A stretch of DNA of 64,000 nt from Thermodesulfovibrionales bacterium (GTDB taxonomy: Bacteria; Nitrospirota; Thermodesulfovibrionia; Thermodesulfovibrionales; SM23-35): the NCBI GenBank assembly GCA_963715195.1, contig CAVQRT010000007.1:1-64000 (forward strand), read 5' to 3'. A model generated the notes under the pieces. The model was not told the origin of the DNA. It did not search any database and was given only the letters and a program-made list of their open reading frames with translations. The translations under genes and the position numbers were made by a program. Below are positions 62,279 through 64,000 of the stretch, one piece after another (positions within the stretch are counted from its first letter, which is position 1; each line of letters opens with the position of its first letter).

Positions 62279-63601
62279 CTAGGCTGCTTTTGGCAATTCC
62301 TTAAAAACCTTCCATGTCTTCAAAAGGTCTATGGCTCTCTGAAGCTGAACGTCATCTTTTTCGTCAATCTCGACAGGGATGATTTCCTCATGCTCAAAGG
62401 GTTTTCCCTCAATTTCTTCCCCGTTTGTGAGATGGCCTTCGAGATCTTTTTCCCGTATGACAGGACGCCCCTTTTCTCCATTCTTCATTTCAGCTTTTAC
62501 CAGGATATCCGGCGTAATACCGGTTGATTGGATTGATATCCCTTTCGGCGTATAGTATTTTGCAGTCGTGAGCCTGAGAGCAGAACCGTCAGTGAGCGGA
62601 ACAACTGACTGTACCGAACCTTTTCCAAACGTCTGAGTTCCGATGATTACGGCTCTGTTCCAGTCCTTTAGTGCTCCTGCAACGATTTCTGAAGCGCTGG
62701 CACTCCCCTGATTAACGAGGATTACCATGGGTATTGTGGAATTCCCGTTACTCTTATGACTCCGGTAATCGGTTTTTTCGCCTTTTTTATCCTTGATAAA
62801 TACCACTAATTTTCCGGAAGGGAGAAAATGGCTCGAAACGTCAATAGCACTATTGAGAAGTCCCCCGGGGTTGTTTCTGAGGTCAAGAATGAGGGAGCTG
62901 ATATTATCATTAAGAAGTGTGTTCATGGACTGTGCAAGATCGGAGGATGTCTGCTCCTGAAACTGATTGATCTTGATATATCCGATGCCTTCCTCAAGAA
63001 TCTTTGATTTGACGCTCTTGATTTTTATTACTTCTCTGGTAATGGTGAAGTCCCGTGATTTTTCCCATCCTTCCCTAAGTATCGTTATTTTTACGGTCGA
63101 TGAAGGAGTTCCCCTCATCTTGCTGACAGCGTCCTGAAGGCTCATATCTTTCGTAAAATCATTATTGATCTTGACGATTTTATCGCCCGCCTGAATGCCG
63201 GCTCTATATGCAGGGGTGTCCTCTATGGGTGCGATTACCGTGAGCATTCCGTCTTTGATTCCGATCTGTATCCCGATACCACCGAACTCTCCCTTCGTAT
63301 CTACCTGCATCTCCTTGTATTGTTCAGGGGTCATGAATGAGGAGTGGGGATCGAGGGAACCCAGCATTCCCTTGATAGAACCATAAATAAGCTCTTTTGG
63401 TTTCATCTCCTCGACATAGTTCTTTCTGACGAGAGAAATAGCTTCTGAAAAAAGCTTGAGTTCTTCATACATTTCTCCTTCGGCGTTCACAACCGTGACC
63501 GTCCATCTGCCGATCGAAATGCCGGCCGAAGCAACAGCGAAAATGATGAAGAGCACCAGGATAGTTTTCTTTTTCATGAACGTCTTGACCATATTTCTCA
63601 T
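62279..63601 (-). CDS. ctpA: Carboxyl-terminal processing protease (S41)
   Basis: LDPHS, GIGI PDZ, LDLRNNPGG, SASASEI, TFGKGSVQ. Confidence 0.93.
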   Translation of the reverse strand: MRNMVKTFMKKKTILVLFIIFAVASAGISIGRWTVTVVNAEGEMYEELKLFSEAISLVRKNYVEEMKPKELIYGSIKGMLGSLDPHSSFMTPEQYKEMQVDTKGEFGGIGIQIGIKDGMLTVIAPIEDTPAYRAGIQAGDKIVKINNDFTKDMSLQDAVSKMRGTPSSTVKITILREGWEKSRDFTITREVIKIKSVKSKILEEGIGYIKINQFQEQTSSDLAQSMNTLLNDNISSLILDLRNNPGGLLNSAIDVSSHFLPSGKLVVFIKDKKGEKTDYRSHKSNGNSTIPMVILVNQGSASASEIVAGALKDWNRAVIIGTQTFGKGSVQSVVPLTDGSALRLTTAKYYTPKGISIQSTGITPDILVKAEMKNGEKGRPVIREKDLEGHLTNGEEIEGKPFEHEEIIPVEIDEKDDVQLQRAIDLLKTWKVFKELPKAA

Positions 63602-63611
63602 TCCTCCGAAT

Positions 63612-63998
63612 CTATTTTCTTCGCAGCCAATGTATCGGGTTTAAGGGCTTTCCTTTATACCGCAGTTCAAAATACAGGCCGGAACTGTTCACGAGCCCGG
63701 AATTCCCGACCCGTCCGACTATCTGCTTCTCTTTTATTATATCTCCAACTCTTAGAAAAATCTCCGATAAACTGCCATAGAGGGTATGATATCCTTCTCC
63801 GTGATTCACAATAACGAGTTGACCATATCCCTTAAACCACTCAGCAAAGACGACTTCCCCTTCATGCACAGCTTTTGCCGCGGAGCCTGATTGGGACTCT
63901 ATGAATGTTCCGCTCCTGAATACCGGTGTATTGAATTGCAGGTCTTTCTGTGAACCGTAAGGAATGATCACTTTGCCTTCAACCGGCCAGGGCAGCCT
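63612..63998 (-). CDS. EnvC-like M23 murein hydrolase activator, C-terminal part (runs off the window)
   Basis: LPWPVEG, GYGQLVIVNHG, LYFELR...NP..WL; zinc ligands HxxxD and HxH absent. Confidence 0.8.
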   Translation of the reverse strand, partial: RLPWPVEGKVIIPYGSQKDLQFNTPVFRSGTFIESQSGSAAKAVHEGEVVFAEWFKGYGQLVIVNHGEGYHTLYGSLSEIFLRVGDIIKEKQIVGRVGNSGLVNSSGLYFELRYKGKPLNPIHWLRRK

Positions 63999-64000
63999 TC

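Overview
Bacterial chromosomal window. Gene content and order suggest an anaerobic Nitrospirota (Thermodesulfovibrionia-like) or Desulfobacterota-like organism; this is inference only. Bases ~1-9.5 kb form a visibly more AT-rich, accessory-looking envelope block: duplicated DUF2914-like genes around a sigma-54 activator with a degenerate receiver, a 22-aa-repeat protein, mgtE, a DUF4398/OmpA pair, a candidate ~155-nt non-coding transcription unit and cspA. The rest is mostly housekeeping: gap, queE, glgP, ilvC, psd, lptFG, a GH57 enzyme, rnpB, tRNA-Ile2, rpsU-nif3-dnaG-rpoD, trkAH, tgt, glnE-GATase-glnA/glnB, der, moaA, leuC, a two-subunit biotin carboxylase, a P-type ATPase, ctpA and envC. 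The most notable observations are: (1) a 1388-aa PPDK-derived dikinase that keeps the ATP-grasp and phospho-His domains, lacks the pyruvate-binding barrel, carries ~880 aa of unrecognised N-terminal sequence and lies directly upstream of a divergent GAPDH; (2) an ORF-less promoter-hairpin-U-tract unit at ~8650-8845; (3) repeat-derived in-frame insertions in the P-type ATPase; (4) a frameshifted dnaG; (5) two degenerate sigma-54 enhancer-binding proteins. No CRISPR array, rRNA, transposase or integrase was seen. All calls come from reading motifs by eye; no database searches were run.
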